The translations under genes and the position numbers were made by a program. 64,000 bases of DNA from an uncultured Planctomycetota bacterium. GTDB taxonomy: Bacteria > Planctomycetota > PLA2 > JAEUHO01. The stretch is from assembly GCA_963752285.1 (NCBI GenBank), contig CAVVXN010000005.1, positions 2,112,001 to 2,176,000 of the forward strand, given 5' to 3'. Shown here in pieces: positions 1-8,775 of the stretch. Numbering within the stretch: position 1 is the stretch's first letter; each line of letters starts with the position of its first letter. The notes beneath the pieces are model-generated. The model saw only the letters and a program-made list of their open reading frames with translations. It searched no databases and was not told the origin of the DNA.

Positions 1-1375
1 GGCACAGCCGGCGCATCAGCCGCTGCGCCGAGACGAGCAGGGTGGAGGACGCGACCATGAACGGGTCCACCCCCATGTCCGTCATACGGGTCAGGGTGCT
101 CGCGGCGTCGTTCGTGTGGAGCGTCGAGAGCACGAGGTGGCCCGTGAGGGCGGCCTTCACGGCGATGTCGATCGTCTCGGTGTCGCGGATCTCGCCGACC
201 ATCACCACGTCCGGGTCCTGACGCAGGATGGAGCGCAGGGCCGAGGAGAACGTGAGCCCGCTCTTGGGGTTCACCTGCACCTGGTTGATGCCCTCGACCT
301 GGTACTCGACGGGGTCCTCGACCGTGACGAAGTTCTGGTCGGGCGTCATGATCTCCTTGACCGCGCTGTAGAGCGTGGTCGTCTTGCCCGAGCCCGTCGG
401 ACCCGTCACGAGGATCATCCCGTACGGCGCGCTGATCGCGTCGCGGAAGTCCTTCAGCGCCTTCGGCTCGAACCCGAGCCCGTCGAGGTTCAGAGCCAGG
501 TTCGTCGCGTCGAGGATACGCAGCACGACCTTCTCGCCGTGCAGCGTGGGGAGGCTCGAGACGCGGAAGTCGATCTGACGCCCCTCCGCCTTCACCTGGA
601 ACTTGCCGTCCTGCGGGCGGCGCTTCTCGGCGATGTCGAGGTCGGCCATGATCTTGAGGCGGCTGGTGATCGCGTTCTGCAGGCGCTTCGGCGGCTCCAT
701 GGCGTCGTGGAGGTTCCCGTCCACGCGGTACCGGACCACCACGCGCTTGTCGAACGGCTCGACGTGGATGTCCGACGCCTTCTGCTTGATCGCGTTGTAG
801 ATGATCAGGTTGACGAGCTTGATGACCGGGGCGGTGTCCTCTTCGGTGGCCGCCTGGGCGATGTCGACGATTTCCTGCGCCTGCTCCTTGAGGACCATCT
901 CGGGGTCCTCGTCGGTGAGCAGCTCCTTCAGGCCGTTGTCGCCCCGCTGGTAGTACTTCTGCTGGAGCTGCATGATCTGCGGTTCCAGCGCCAGCGTGAG
1001 CCGGAGCTCGCAGCTCGTCTTGATCCGCAGGTCGTCGTGCTTGACGACGTCGAACGGGTTCGAGACCGCGACCGTGAGCACCCCGCCGAGCTTCGAGAGG
1101 GGGACGCAGCCCGTCGCGGTCGCGAGATCCTGGTCCACGACCTCCCGCAGGTCGTCCTGGGGCGTCACGCGCTTCAGGTCCACCGGCGGGACGCCCAGGT
1201 GGTCCGCGAGGATCCCGAGCAGCTCCTCCTCGCTGAAGATCTTGCGCTCCAGAAGGAAGTCGGTGACCGACTTCTCCTGTTTTGCCGCGACCTGGCTCGC
1301 CTGTGCGAGCGTCTCCATGTCGGCGAGCCCGCTCTCTTCGAGGATGCGGACGATTCGGCGGCTGAAGCTGACCAT
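1..1375 (-). CDS. pilB: Type IV pilus assembly / GspE-family ATPase (3' end runs off window)
   Basis: Manual translation from ATG 1375 (RBS AGGAGAGG): MVSFSRRIVRIL..., Walker A GPTGSGKTTTLY, LRQDPDVVMVGEIRD, STLHTNDA, AQRLMRRLC; directly downstream of pilT. Confidence 0.9.
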   Translation of the reverse strand, partial: MVSFSRRIVRILEESGLADMETLAQASQVAAKQEKSVTDFLLERKIFSEEELLGILADHLGVPPVDLKRVTPQDDLREVVDQDLATATGCVPLSKLGGVLTVAVSNPFDVVKHDDLRIKTSCELRLTLALEPQIMQLQQKYYQRGDNGLKELLTDEDPEMVLKEQAQEIVDIAQAATEEDTAPVIKLVNLIIYNAIKQKASDIHVEPFDKRVVVRYRVDGNLHDAMEPPKRLQNAITSRLKIMADLDIAEKRRPQDGKFQVKAEGRQIDFRVSSLPTLHGEKVVLRILDATNLALNLDGLGFEPKALKDFRDAISAPYGMILVTGPTGSGKTTTLYSAVKEIMTPDQNFVTVEDPVEYQVEGINQVQVNPKSGLTFSSALRSILRQDPDVVMVGEIRDTETIDIAVKAALTGHLVLSTLHTNDAASTLTRMTDMGVDPFMVASSTLLVSAQRLMRRLC

Positions 1376-1384
1376 CGACCTCTC

Positions 1385-2467
1385 CTAGGCGCGCCCCAGG
1401 ATGCGCTTCAGGTCCTCGGGGTCGCTGCTGTGGGTCAGCGCCGCCTCGAGGGTGATCATGCTGCGGCGGACCAGCTCCCCGAGGGAGTGGTTCATGGTCT
1501 GCATGCCCTGACGTCCACCCGTCTGGATGATGCTGTAGATCTGGTGCGCCTTGTCGTCGCGGATCAGGGCGCGGACGGCCGAGTTCGCGACCATGATCTC
1601 GAGGGCGAGCACGCGACCCGCGCCGCGCGACATGGGCAGGAGCTGCTGGCAGAACACGGCCTGGATGACGAACGAGAGCTGCGTGCGCACCTGCTGCTGC
1701 TGGTGGGACGGGAAGACGTCCACGATGCGGTTGATCGACTGCACCGCGTCGCTGGTGTGCAGCGTGCCGAACGTCAGGTGGCCGGTCTCGGCGATCGTGA
1801 GCGCGGCCTCGATCGTCTCCATGTCGCGCATCTCGCCGACCAGGACCACGTCGGGGTCCTGCCGGAGGGCGCTCCTCAGGGCCCGATGGAATCCCTGCGT
1901 GTCCGAGCCGATCTCGCGCTGGTTGAAGAGGCAGTTCTTGTTGCGGTGGAGGAACTCGATCGGGTCCTCGACCGTCACGACGTGCCCGCAGCGCGTGTTG
2001 TTGATGTGGTCGAGCATCGCGGCGAGCGACGTCGACTTTCCGCTGCCCGTCGCGCCCGTGAAGAGCACCAGACCGCGCGGGAGGCTCCCGATCTCTTCGC
2101 AGATCTTCCGGGGGAGGCCCAGCTCCTCGAAGTTCTTCACGTTGTACGGAATGACGCGCAGCACCGCCGCGACGGTGCCCCGCTGGTAGAAGACGTTCAC
2201 GCGGAACCGGCCCATGCCCTCGACCCCGAACGAGAGGTCGATCTCGTAGTCCTTCTCGAAGCGGGCGATCTGGTCGCCCGTGAGGAAGGAGTAGATGAGG
2301 CTCTTCGTGTCCTCGGGGCGGAGGGGCTCGTACTCGGTGTCGAGCAGCTCGCCGTCCACCCGGATCTTGGGAGGGGAGCCGGCCGAGATGTGGAGGTCCG
2401 ACCCCCCGTTGTCCACGAGGGTCTGCAGGAGCTCCTCGATCGGGATGCTGGCCATGGGGTCCCTCAC
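1385..2467 (-). CDS. pilT: Type IV pilus retraction ATPase PilT
   Basis: GATGSGKSTSLA, LRQDPDVVLVGEMRD, TLHT and an AIRNLIRE-like AVRALIRD motif; start may be 2455. Confidence 0.95.
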   Translation of the reverse strand: MRDPMASIPIEELLQTLVDNGGSDLHISAGSPPKIRVDGELLDTEYEPLRPEDTKSLIYSFLTGDQIARFEKDYEIDLSFGVEGMGRFRVNVFYQRGTVAAVLRVIPYNVKNFEELGLPRKICEEIGSLPRGLVLFTGATGSGKSTSLAAMLDHINNTRCGHVVTVEDPIEFLHRNKNCLFNQREIGSDTQGFHRALRSALRQDPDVVLVGEMRDMETIEAALTIAETGHLTFGTLHTSDAVQSINRIVDVFPSHQQQQVRTQLSFVIQAVFCQQLLPMSRGAGRVLALEIMVANSAVRALIRDDKAHQIYSIIQTGGRQGMQTMNHSLGELVRRSMITLEAALTHSSDPEDLKRILGRA

Positions 2468-2761
2468 CTCTCGGACAGGGCCACACCGCTCAGGCGAGGC
2501 CGGTGCGACCCTATCGACCCGCCGCGAAGGCCGCTTGAACGCCGTTCGGCGCGGGGAAGGCTCGGAGGCGAGGGAAAGCCGCGCCGGGCGGGCGCGTCCC
2601 GCCGGGGGGGGACCGTTCGCGCGGGGCCCCGAAAACGAGGACGGGGGGCGGCCTCGCCGCCCCCCGTCCCAGGAATCCGGGCCGATGGGACCCGGGCCCG
2701 TCGGGTCCCGGCCGACGAGGGCCGAAACGACGCGGGCCCCGGTCGGACCGGTTCGCTCCCG

Positions 2762-3775
2762 TCAGAACTCGACGTGGACCTCGACCCGCCGGTTGCGGGC
2801 GCGGTCGGCCTCGCTCTTCTCCTTGGCGACGATCGGCTCCTCCGACCCGCGGCCGAGGACCTCGAGGTGGCCTGCCGGCACCCCGTGCCGGGAGAGCTCG
2901 GCGGCCACGGTCTGGGCCCGGGCCTGCGAGAGCGCCCGGTTGCTGGGCCACTTCGACCTCTTGATCGGGGTCGAGTCGGTGTGCCCGACGACGCGGACCT
3001 CGCGGGCGCCCGCGCTCTCGAGTGCGCTCGCCGTGGCGAGGAGCGTGGTGGTGATCGTCGCGTCCGGCTTCAGCTTGTCCGAGCCGGGGCGGAAGGCGTC
3101 GGACATCCGGACGATGACCACGTTCCCGTTCTGCTCGACCTCGCCGTGCGTGCTCCGGCGGAGCTGGGCGGCGAACGCCGCGGCGCGCGCCTCCGAGCCG
3201 GCGGCGATCGGGCGGGCGCCGATCGGGGCCGAGGGTCCCGGCTGCGTCGCGGCCTGCTTCATCTGCCGGTCGAGCCGCTGCACGTCGTCCGCGAGCTGGT
3301 TGATGGCGACGTCGAGGTCCGCCCCCGCGCTCGCGTTGTCCATCATGGTGGGCACGGGGTTCACGGCCGGGGCCTGGGCCATGTCCGAGGGGGCCGCGGC
3401 GGGGAAGCCGGAGGCGCCGTCGTCGGCCGACGCGCCGTCCGGGGTGCCGCTCGGGGGGAACGCCGGCTGCGGAGGCGGCGCGGGCGTTCGAGCCACGGTC
3501 ACCGGCCCGTAGGTCGGTGCCGGGGGCGGGGACGAGGGGTAGTACACGGTCCGCGGGGCCGCGGCGACGGCGGACGGGCTCGCCGGCGCGCGCGCGCTCC
3601 GACAGCCGCCGAGGCCGCCCGCGACGAGGGACGTCGCGAGGATCGCGAAGAGGGCGCTCTTTGCCATGGTCGTTCGCTCCGGGGCGCGTCCGTCTCGTGC
3701 GGACGCCGTCATCGACCCTTTCGGGTTGGTCTTCTGGTTGATCTCTCGGTCGGACATCGACTCGGCTTCGGCCAT
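2762..3775 (-). CDS. OmpA/MotB-domain lipoprotein
   Basis: C-terminal VVGHTD...SNRALSQARA...NRRVEV; lipobox-like GGLGGC after the Met at 3667 (alternative start). Confidence 0.85.
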   Translation of the reverse strand: MAEAESMSDREINQKTNPKGSMTASARDGRAPERTTMAKSALFAILATSLVAGGLGGCRSARAPASPSAVAAAPRTVYYPSSPPPAPTYGPVTVARTPAPPPQPAFPPSGTPDGASADDGASGFPAAAPSDMAQAPAVNPVPTMMDNASAGADLDVAINQLADDVQRLDRQMKQAATQPGPSAPIGARPIAAGSEARAAAFAAQLRRSTHGEVEQNGNVVIVRMSDAFRPGSDKLKPDATITTTLLATASALESAGAREVRVVGHTDSTPIKRSKWPSNRALSQARAQTVAAELSRHGVPAGHLEVLGRGSEEPIVAKEKSEADRARNRRVEVHVEF

Positions 3776-3841
3776 CGGGGTCTTCTCGCTTCCGGGGGTG
3801 CGATGGGGGAGGCCGCGGGAGGGGGGGGGAAGCCGCGGGGG

Positions 3842-4798
3842 CTACGTCTTGGGGAGGATGTAGATCTCGACGCGACGGTTCGTCTCCTTCGCGCGCTTCG
3901 TCGTTCCGGTCTCGAGCGGCACCGCGGCGCCGCGACCGACCGTCTCGATCAGCGCCGGCGAGACGCCGGCCTTCGCGAGGAGGTCCTTCACCGAGCTGGC
4001 GCGGGCGAGCGACAAGGCCTCGTTGCTCGGCCAGGGCGAGGACTTGATCGGGTCGCTGTCCGTGTGGCCCTCGACGCGCACGTGGCTGCCGGGGTACTCG
4101 CTCGCGATGAGCTCGCCGAGGCCCACGATCGCCTTCACCGCGGTCATGTCGTAGGCGGGCGAGGCCTTGCCCGCGGGGAACGCGCCGCGCAGGACCACGG
4201 CCACGCGCTCCTCGCCGCCCTGCGTGCTGCGCGTCTCGACGGGAAGCATGATGCCCGCCGCGCGGAGCTTCGCCTCCAGGTCGCGGCGGAACGCTTCGAT
4301 CGCGGCGCTCGGCCGGTACTCGATCGGGGCCTTCTCGACGACGGGGGTCGGCTTCGAGGCCAGGTCCGACACCTGGCTCACGAGGTCCGACACCTGCGAG
4401 CGCAGATGGTTCACCTCGCCGACGCGACGGGCCTGGTCGCGCTGGACGTACTCGAGCTGCTGCTGCGCGAGCTGGCCCCGCACGGCGTCGGCCTGAAGGC
4501 CTTCCGCCTCCTTGCGAAGGAGCGCGGACTCGGTCTTGCTCCGCTGGGCGTCCGCCGTCGCGCTGTCCGCGTTCAGCTGGGCCTCGTGCGCCGCGGTCTC
4601 GGCGGTCGAGGCGCGCTGGCGGGAGTCGATCGCCTCGGCCTCCACGACACGGAGGCGGTCCTTCGCCACGTTCCTCGTCGCGCACCCCGCCTGGAGGAGC
4701 GCCGCGAGGACGCCCGCCCCGGCCAGGACGGCCATCACGCTCCGACCGAGCACGACGGAGGACGTCGCACGTTCGAGCGTCCCGCTTCCACTCGTCAT
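3842..4798 (-). CDS. OmpA/MotB-domain lipoprotein with coiled coil
   Basis: ATG 4798 with GAGGTG RBS; LQAGC lipobox, Ala/Gln/Glu-rich coiled coil, VEGHTD...NEALSLARA...NRRVEI. Confidence 0.85.
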   Translation of the reverse strand: MTSGSGTLERATSSVVLGRSVMAVLAGAGVLAALLQAGCATRNVAKDRLRVVEAEAIDSRQRASTAETAAHEAQLNADSATADAQRSKTESALLRKEAEGLQADAVRGQLAQQQLEYVQRDQARRVGEVNHLRSQVSDLVSQVSDLASKPTPVVEKAPIEYRPSAAIEAFRRDLEAKLRAAGIMLPVETRSTQGGEERVAVVLRGAFPAGKASPAYDMTAVKAIVGLGELIASEYPGSHVRVEGHTDSDPIKSSPWPSNEALSLARASSVKDLLAKAGVSPALIETVGRGAAVPLETGTTKRAKETNRRVEIYILPKT

Positions 4799-4878
4799 CG
4801 AATCACCTCGCATCCGAACACTCCGCACGAGTCCACCGCGCATGGGCACCTCCCTCGAATCCTCGCCGATCCTCATGA

Positions 4879-4952
4879 TCCTTCGCGTCCCTGTCCTTCG
4901 CGTCCCTGTCCTTCGCGTCCCTGTCCTTCGCGTCCCTGTCCTTCGCGTCCCT
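4879..4952. repeat. 15-bp tandem repeat (TCCTTCGCGTCCCTG) x~5
   Basis: Four exact copies plus 14/15 of a fifth, read directly. Confidence 0.95.
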
Positions 4953-5431
4953 CGGGCCCGCGCGCCGGCGGGGCAGGCTCCCCGGCGGCGACCCGGATTC
5001 GGGCGCCCCTCCTGCGCGTCGCGAGCCACTCGGGATTGCAACCCCACCTCCGCGCTCCGTCAAGTCGGAAATACAAGATCTTGGGGCAAAATCAGGGTTC
5101 GCTCCCGAGGGGCGGCGGCTGGGGATCTCGTCGGCGCGCGTCGGGGAACCTCCTCGGACATGGTCTACCGCGCCCCACCGACGCTCCCGGGACACCCGCG
5201 CGACGGCCGCGCCCGGAACGCCTGGTCGCGCGTCGGGAGCGCACGCGCCGAACGAACGGTCCGCGCCGGGGCGCGCGCCGCGGCCCGCGCGCGACACGGG
5301 GTCGCCGCGGCGCGCCTCGCGCGGCGCCGTCACGCCGCGGGCGAGCACGCGGGGGCGGGCCGCCGAACGCGCGACGCGCGGTCCACGATGGCTCGTCCCC
5401 GTCCCGCGCGTGGGCGACGGCGCGCCGTCGG

Positions 5432-6559
5432 CTACCGTCCCCGGACGAAGCGCGGCCACCCCTCGGTGATGAACCACACGACCTGCGGCCCGAAGAGGAG
5501 CAGCGCCGCGCCGCCGAGCGCGAGGAAGGGCCCGAACGGCACGTAGCGGAGCGAGGCGGCGAAGAGATCGAGCCGCTCCCGGTCCTCGTCGCGCGCCTCG
5601 GTCACGTGGACGCGCCACACGCCCGTCTCGGGTCCGGGGGGCGCCGGGAGGATCTCCCCCCGCACCTCGACCAGGGCGTCGTGGTCTTCCAGGATCCCCG
5701 CGGCCGGCAGGGTCATCGACACCTTCGCCGGCCCGGGTGGCGGCGTCCCCGGGCCCTGGAACACGAGGTCCTCGCCCTCGATCCGCGCGCCCGGGAGCTC
5801 GACGGACGGCCCGACCGCCGGGCGCACGACCAGGGGGAACGCGAGCGGCCGCCGGCGGGCCCAGAGGAGGCGGAGGAGGCCGATCGTCGCACCGCCGACG
5901 CACGCGATCACCAGGACGTAGAGCACGCCGAGGGGCCCGACCAGCGCGCCGATCAGCGCGAGGAGCTTCACGTCGCCGAGCCCCATCGCCTCCTTCCGGA
6001 ACGCGAGGGCGCCGAGCCACCGGATGGCGAGGATCACCGCCGCCCCGACCGCGGCGCCGGCCGCCGCGTGCAGCCAGTCGGAGAGCGCGGGCTTGAGCGC
6101 ACCGGCCCACCCCTCCGGGTGGAGCCCCGTGGCGGGCGCCACGAGGATGGCCACGAGGATCCCGGGCTTGCTGATCGCGTCCGGAATGATCTTGTGCTCC
6201 CAGTCGATCAGCGAGATCGCCAGGAGCGCCGCCAGCGCGGCGGCCACGACCCCCGCCGTCACGGGGTCGGCCGGCCACCCGTGCCAGGCGAGCAGGAAGA
6301 GGACGCCCGTCAGGAGCTCCACGAGCGGGTAGCGCGGCGAGATCCGCGTGCCGCACGCGCGGCACCGGCCGCGGAGGAGGATCCAGGAGAGGAGCGGGAC
6401 GTTGTCGAACCACGCGATCGTCGTGCCGCACCGGGGACAGTGCGACCGCGGCAGGACGAGGCTCTCGCCCCGGGGGAGCCGCCACACGACGACGTTCAGG
6501 AACGAGCCCACCGAGAGCCCCGCGAGCGCGAAGAAGGCCGGCAGGAGGGCCTCCCTCAC
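5432..6559 (-). CDS. pilD: Prepilin peptidase/N-methyltransferase with C-terminal insertion
   Basis: GSFLNVVVWRLP, RSHCPRC, GRCRAC, ISPRYPLVE, IDWEHKIIPD, MGLGDVKL, VPFGPFL; GTG start overlaps upstream stop (GTGA). Confidence 0.9.
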   Translation of the reverse strand: MREALLPAFFALAGLSVGSFLNVVVWRLPRGESLVLPRSHCPRCGTTIAWFDNVPLLSWILLRGRCRACGTRISPRYPLVELLTGVLFLLAWHGWPADPVTAGVVAAALAALLAISLIDWEHKIIPDAISKPGILVAILVAPATGLHPEGWAGALKPALSDWLHAAAGAAVGAAVILAIRWLGALAFRKEAMGLGDVKLLALIGALVGPLGVLYVLVIACVGGATIGLLRLLWARRRPLAFPLVVRPAVGPSVELPGARIEGEDLVFQGPGTPPPGPAKVSMTLPAAGILEDHDALVEVRGEILPAPPGPETGVWRVHVTEARDEDRERLDLFAASLRYVPFGPFLALGGAALLLFGPQVVWFITEGWPRFVRGR

Positions 6560-7149
6560 GACCGGACCCCGGGCTCGGGGAAGGCCCCGCCTCCCGTCTC
6601 GACGCGCCAGGCCTCGCCGCAGCGAGCGCACGTCCGGACGGGCCCCTCGCCCCGGAGGATCTCGCCGCACTCGCACGCGTGTCCGACGGCGCGTGCGGGC
6701 GACCCGACGACGAGCGCCCCGGGCGGCACGTCCCTCGTCACGACCGAGCCTGCGCCCACGAACGCGCGCTCCCCCACCGAGACGCCGCAGACGATCGTCG
6801 CATTCGCGCCGATCGTCGCGCGGCGCTCCACCCGCGTGGGCGCGAGCTCCTCCCGCCGGGAGACGTGCGCGCGGGGCGTCCGGACGTTCGTGAAGCTCGC
6901 GTTCGGGCCCACGAAGACCTCGTCGGCGAGCGAGACGCCCGCGTACACGGAGACGTGGTTCTGGACGCGACACCCGCGGCCGATGACCACGCCGGGGCCC
7001 ACGTACACCCCCTGGCCGAGGACCGTGCCCTCGCCGACGCGCGCGCCGGCGCAGACGTGGACGAAGTGCCACGCCATGACCCCGGGCTCGAGGATCGCAC
7101 CGCGGTCCACCACGGCCGTCTCGTGGACGAACGGCTCGCTCGTCGGCAT
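6556..7149 (-). CDS. Hexapeptide-repeat N-acetyltransferase (WbpD/WlbB-like) with C-terminal Zn ribbon
   Basis: WHFVHV, VFVGPNASFTNV, IGANATIVCG, VGSPAR, CECG...CARC. Confidence 0.85.
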   Translation of the reverse strand: MPTSEPFVHETAVVDRGAILEPGVMAWHFVHVCAGARVGEGTVLGQGVYVGPGVVIGRGCRVQNHVSVYAGVSLADEVFVGPNASFTNVRTPRAHVSRREELAPTRVERRATIGANATIVCGVSVGERAFVGAGSVVTRDVPPGALVVGSPARAVGHACECGEILRGEGPVRTCARCGEAWRVETGGGAFPEPGVRS

Positions 7150-7222
7150 CCATCCTCCCGTTCGCACGGCGCCGGGGCGCGATCGCGACCGGCCTCGGCC
7201 GGCCCGGGTCCCGTGTCGGCGA

Positions 7223-7567
7223 TCAGCCCGCGGCGTCCACGAACGCCTGCAGGAGACCGCGCTGCTCGTCCTCCAGGTCGGAGAAGAACACCCCGGTGTC
7301 GTAGCGCCCGTCCTCGGCCCGGTGGCTCCAGACCACGACGCCCGTGGTGTCGAGCCGGACGTCGCCGTCGTGTCCCACGGCGCGCCCGGGCAGGAGCATG
7401 GCCACGCGGATCCGGGTCATGGCGTTGATCGGGTGACGGCACGTGATGCGCGCGCCCGACTCGGAGAGGTCCACCAGCTCGAAGGGCTCCTCGTCCCCCT
7501 GCTCGTTCAGGAGGCGGAGGGGGACCTCGGCTCGGACGCGCTGATGTCGGCGACGCTCGTTTCCCAT
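7223..7567 (-). CDS. PilZ-domain protein (c-di-GMP receptor)
   Basis: ERRRHQR (RxxxR) and DLSESG (DxSxxG) motifs. Confidence 0.9.
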   Translation of the reverse strand: MGNERRRHQRVRAEVPLRLLNEQGDEEPFELVDLSESGARITCRHPINAMTRIRVAMLLPGRAVGHDGDVRLDTTGVVVWSHRAEDGRYDTGVFFSDLEDEQRGLLQAFVDAAG

Positions 7568-7759
7568 CCCGGCCTGCCTCCCCGACCGGCCCCCGGGCCC
7601 GATCGCGCGGCCTGGGAGGCTACCCCCGGGCCCCGGCGCCCGGCCCTGTCGGTCACCCCCGCTAGCATACTACGAAGACCGCAACTCGAAGCGCGCGCGT
7701 GTCCCGACCCCGTGGAAGCGACCCGCGACCGAACCCACGCGCGCCGGAGGAGACCCCTC

Positions 7760-8224
7760 GTGGCCAACTTGAACAAGGTCCTGTTGATCGGCCGGCTCAC
7801 CCGCGATCCCGAGAGCCGCACCACGTCCACCGGTCAGACGGTCGTGAGCTTCGGCCTCGCCGTCAACCGTTCGTACACGCGCCGCGACAGCGGCGAGCGC
7901 GTCGAGGAGACCGCCTTCGTGGACGTGGAGGCCTGGGGCCGCACGGGCGAGACGATCCACCGCTACATGAAGAAGGGCCGGCAGATCTTCATCGAGGGTC
8001 GCCTGCGCTTCGACTCGTGGGAACGGGACGGCCAGCGCCGCTCGAAGCTGTCCGTCGTGGCGGAGAACTTCCAGTTCATCGACAGCCAGCAGGACGGACA
8101 GGGCGGCGGCGGCGGCGGCTACGGCGGCTCGCACGCGCCCGCGCGCACCCAGCCCCAGCCGGCGGGCGTCGGGGAGACGCCTCAGGACGACTACGCGCCC
8201 GTAGACGACGACATCCCGTTCTGA
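7760..8224 (+). CDS. ssb: Single-stranded DNA-binding protein
   Basis: GTG after GGAGGAG; NLNKVLLIGRLTRDPE, IEGRL, Gly-rich linker, C-terminal DDDIPF. Confidence 0.97.
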   Translation: MANLNKVLLIGRLTRDPESRTTSTGQTVVSFGLAVNRSYTRRDSGERVEETAFVDVEAWGRTGETIHRYMKKGRQIFIEGRLRFDSWERDGQRRSKLSVVAENFQFIDSQQDGQGGGGGGYGGSHAPARTQPQPAGVGETPQDDYAPVDDDIPF

Positions 8225-8702
8225 TCGCGTGGGAGGGGGCGCTCCGTCATCATGCTGGCCCGCCCTCCCTCCCCCACCATCCACCGGCGCCCGTAGACGA
8301 CGACATCCCGTTCTGATCGCGTGGGAGGGGGCGCTCCGTCATCATGTCGGCCCGCCCTCCCTCCCCCACCATCCACCGGCGCCCGTAGACGACGACATCC
8401 CGTTTGGATCGCGTGGGAGGGGGCGCTCCGTCATCATGCTGGCCCGCCCTCCCTCCCCCACCATCCACCGGCGCCCGTAGACGACGACATCCCGTTCTGG
8501 ATCGCGTGGGAGGGGGCGCTCCGTCATCATGTTGGCCCGCCCTCCCTCCCCCACCATCCACCGGCGCCCGTAGACGACGACATCCCGTTCTGATCGCGTG
8601 GGAGGGGGCGCTCCGTCATCATGTCGGCCCGCCCTCCCTCCCCCACCATCCACCGGCGCCCGTAGACGACGACATCCCGTTTGGATCGCGTGGGAGGGGG
8701 CG
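8195..8702 (+). repeat. 92-bp tandem array (5 full units + partial sixth) beginning inside the ssb 3' end
   Basis: Unit starts at 8195, 8287, 8379, 8471, 8564, 8656; each begins GCGCCCGTAGACGACGACATCCCGTT. Confidence 0.97.
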
Positions 8703-8775
8703 ACCCGCCACCTCGGTCCGGCTGGGTCGACGATCGCCCGGGTCCCCTCGGGCGATCCCCGGCGGGTCGTGGCTG

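Noticed and set aside
116..8224. 2702-aa plus-strand ORF
   Set aside because: Antisense shadow of the pil genes in high-GC DNA; only the last 154 codons (ssb) are real
8195..8702. CRISPR interpretation of the ssb array
   Set aside because: Whole units are near-identical with no unique spacers; no cas genes in the window
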